From the NCBI GenBank assembly GCA_009778485.1, contig WRJQ01000002.1, positions 62-64,061 on the forward strand: DNA of 64,000 bases, written 5' to 3'. Each line of letters starts with the position of its first letter. Position 1 is the stretch's first letter. The stretch is from Oscillospiraceae bacterium (GTDB taxonomy: Bacteria > Bacillota > Clostridia > Oscillospirales > Oscillospiraceae). The notes below the pieces were generated by a model. The model saw only the letters and a program-made list of their open reading frames with translations, searched no databases and was not told the DNA's origin. Made by a program: the position numbers and the translations under genes. Shown here in pieces: positions 62,064-64,000 of this stretch.

Positions 62064-64000
62064 ATGTCTGAAACGAAGGCTACAATAATCAGACTGGCGG
62101 CATCGGTAGCGATTCTCGCTGCGGCGCTGATTATGTCGCGTTATGGCATCACAGTATATGCGACTATACCCATCTACGCTTTGAGCTACTTAATTGCAGG
62201 CGGTCCGGTGCTGCTCAGCGCGGGGCGCGACATTGCTAAAGGCAAGGTGTTCGACGAGAGCATCCTCGTCAGCGTCGCGACGATTGGGGCTTTCGCCATC
62301 GGGTACTTCGACGAAGGCGTAGCTGTGATGCTCTTCTACCAGGTTGGTGAGCTCCTGCAGGATCTCGCCGTAGGCCGCTCGCGCCGCTCAATCTCTGCGC
62401 TTATGGATATCCGCCCCGACACGGCGAACCTGCTCACGGGCGATGAGGCCGCAGCCGTTGACCCATCGTCTGTATGCGTAGGGGACTTAATACTCGTCAG
62501 GCCGGGCGAGAAGATTCCGCTCGACGGTGTGGTTGAAGAAGGCTCTTCAATGGTCGATACTTCCGCCCTTACGGGCGAACCTGTACCCAGGGAGGCCTCC
62601 GTTGGCTTAGAGGTACTAGCCGGTTTTGTCAACGTAAACGGGCTGCTAAAAATCAAGGTCTCGAGAGAATATGGTCAGTCGACCGTGTCAAGGGTTCTCG
62701 AAATGATGCAAACTGCCGGCGAGAAGAAGGCGCCGACGGAGAACTTCATCACAGTTTTCGCGCGCTATTATACGCCGGCTGTGGTGGGGGCGGCTGTGCT
62801 CATCGCTCTGATCCCGCCTCTAATACTCTCGCAGCCTTTTGATGCGTGGATTTACCGCGCGCTGGTCTTTCTAATGATATCGTGCCCCTGCGCTCTTGTG
62901 TTATCCATACCGCTGGGCTTCTTCGGTGGCATTGGCGCCGCTTCGCGCATCGGTGTGCTGGTGAAGGGGAGCAACTACCTGGAGGCGTTGGGCGCAGTTG
63001 ACACAATGGTTTTTGATAAGACGGGCACGCTCACCAAGGGTGTATTCAAAGTCACGCAGATACTCACTGCGGATGGATACGCACAGGAGGAGCTGCTCAG
63101 GCTCGCCGCGCTAGCTGAGACGCATTCGACCCATCCAATAGCGAACTCCATCCGTGAAGCGTGCCCTGGGAGTATGGGTTTGGCAGACCTCGGGAGCTTT
63201 GAGGAGATTGCCGGGTTTGGCACGATTGCGGACGTCGGAGGCAGGAGGGTGCTTGTCGGCAACGCGAGGCTTTTAGAACGCGAACGCGTTGCAATCACAC
63301 CGCATGCTTGTGCGGGAGCGGTAGGTCTCCCATCGCAGCCCGGCGACTTGTTGCATGAGATAAACGGCACAACCGCGCATATCGCTGTCGACGGCCGATA
63401 CGCAGGCGCTATCGTTATTTCCGATATAATCAAGGAAGATTCCGCCTCTGCAATGAAGCGACTGAGGGCGGCAGGAGTCAGCCAACTGGTTATGCTCACG
63501 GGCGACAACAAAAAATCGGCTGACGCCGTGGCAGCACAGCTTGGTATTGATGCGGTATACTCGGAGCTGCTCCCTGACCAGAAGGTTGCAGTTCTGGAAA
63601 GCCTGCTCGGCGAGCGCGTCGCGCAACAAAACCATAGTACCGGGGCGGAAGACCGGAAAGCGAGCAAACGCACACGTTCCAAGCGCAGACCCGGCAGGCG
63701 CGCGGATGCCCGCCTGCCTAAACGAAAGCTTGCCTTCGTCGGCGATGGCATCAACGACGCTCCGGTCCTCGCAAGGGCCGACGTGGGGATCTCGATGGGA
63801 GGCATCGCTTCAGACGCCGCGATTGAGGCAGCGGACGTAGTCCTGATGACTGATGAACCGGGCAAGTTGCCGGGCGCAATCGCGATTTCGCGCAAGACGA
63901 AACGTATTGTCTGGCAGAACATCGTCTTAGCGCTCAGCGTCAAGGGGGCTGTGCTGCTGCTCGGCGCGCTTGGGATTGCCGCTATCTGGATGGCTGTATT
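62064..64000 (+). CDS. Heavy-metal P1B-type ATPase (Cd/Zn/Co type), 3' end outside window
   Basis: Not in the ORF track (no stop in the window). My own translation gives GEPVP, SCPCAL, FDKTGTLT, MLTGDN and GDGINDAP. There is no N-terminal HMA domain. Confidence 0.85.
   Translation, partial: MSETKATIIRLAASVAILAAALIMSRYGITVYATIPIYALSYLIAGGPVLLSAGRDIAKGKVFDESILVSVATIGAFAIGYFDEGVAVMLFYQVGELLQDLAVGRSRRSISALMDIRPDTANLLTGDEAAAVDPSSVCVGDLILVRPGEKIPLDGVVEEGSSMVDTSALTGEPVPREASVGLEVLAGFVNVNGLLKIKVSREYGQSTVSRVLEMMQTAGEKKAPTENFITVFARYYTPAVVGAAVLIALIPPLILSQPFDAWIYRALVFLMISCPCALVLSIPLGFFGGIGAASRIGVLVKGSNYLEALGAVDTMVFDKTGTLTKGVFKVTQILTADGYAQEELLRLAALAETHSTHPIANSIREACPGSMGLADLGSFEEIAGFGTIADVGGRRVLVGNARLLERERVAITPHACAGAVGLPSQPGDLLHEINGTTAHIAVDGRYAGAIVISDIIKEDSASAMKRLRAAGVSQLVMLTGDNKKSADAVAAQLGIDAVYSELLPDQKVAVLESLLGERVAQQNHSTGAEDRKASKRTRSKRRPGRRADARLPKRKLAFVGDGINDAPVLARADVGISMGGIASDAAIEAADVVLMTDEPGKLPGAIAISRKTKRIVWQNIVLALSVKGAVLLLGALGIAAIWMAV

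Noticed and set aside
1-64000. CRISPR arrays, tRNA/rRNA genes, transposases, integrases, and prophage or conjugative genes.
   Set aside because: There are no regularly spaced repeats of 24-40 bp with unique spacers, no cloverleaf-like or rRNA-like stretches in the short intergenic regions, and no recombinase-like ORF. The AT-rich islets therefore cannot be called mobile elements on this evidence.

Overview
This is a gene-dense bacterial chromosomal window with short intergenic regions. It most likely comes from a moderately GC-rich anaerobic Firmicute (Clostridia-like). That guess rests on DUF3791/DUF3990/DUF3795 genes, corrinoid methyltransferases, an HgdC-type activase and SD-type ribosome-binding sites. 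Roughly 1-40.9 kb is an accessory-looking reductive and demethylating metabolism region. It holds three flavoprotein reductases, a more AT-rich islet with a NUDIX gene and two AAA+/PD-(D/E)xK (COG1373-like) genes, three FMN/[4Fe-4S]/FAD ene-reductases (two in tandem), a LigW-like amidohydrolase-fold decarboxylase with a YheO-type regulator and an orphan 286-aa protein, and two URO-D-fold methyltransferases. It also holds a complete methyltransferase / pterin-binding methyltransferase / corrinoid-protein trio, two Opp/Dpp-type ABC permease pairs with only one ATPase pair and one binding protein, MATE/MFS/EamA exporters, an orphan HgdC-type ATP-dependent activase and a QueG/RdhA-like Fe-S protein. 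From 41 kb the content is more core-like: a nine-gene Mrp/Mbh-ordered cation/proton antiporter cluster, rpsO-pnp, a sugar ABC transporter, DegV, a 1066-aa double-FtsX permease, thrS, and an ArsR regulator with a P1B-type metal ATPase. The best candidates for something new are three. (i) One transcription unit combines an ABC importer, two paralogous ene-reductases and a translationally coupled activase, with no dehydratase or benzoyl-CoA-reductase partner in the window. (ii) The corrinoid methyltransferase cassette is bounded by repeated hairpin sequences. (iii) Several short repeat families are not explained by the genes: AGTAGTK heptamers, a shared 25-nt hairpin and TTCAGG(T)ACC palindromes. 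No rRNA, tRNA, CRISPR array, transposase or integrase was seen. All functional calls come from motif recognition by eye, not from database searches.
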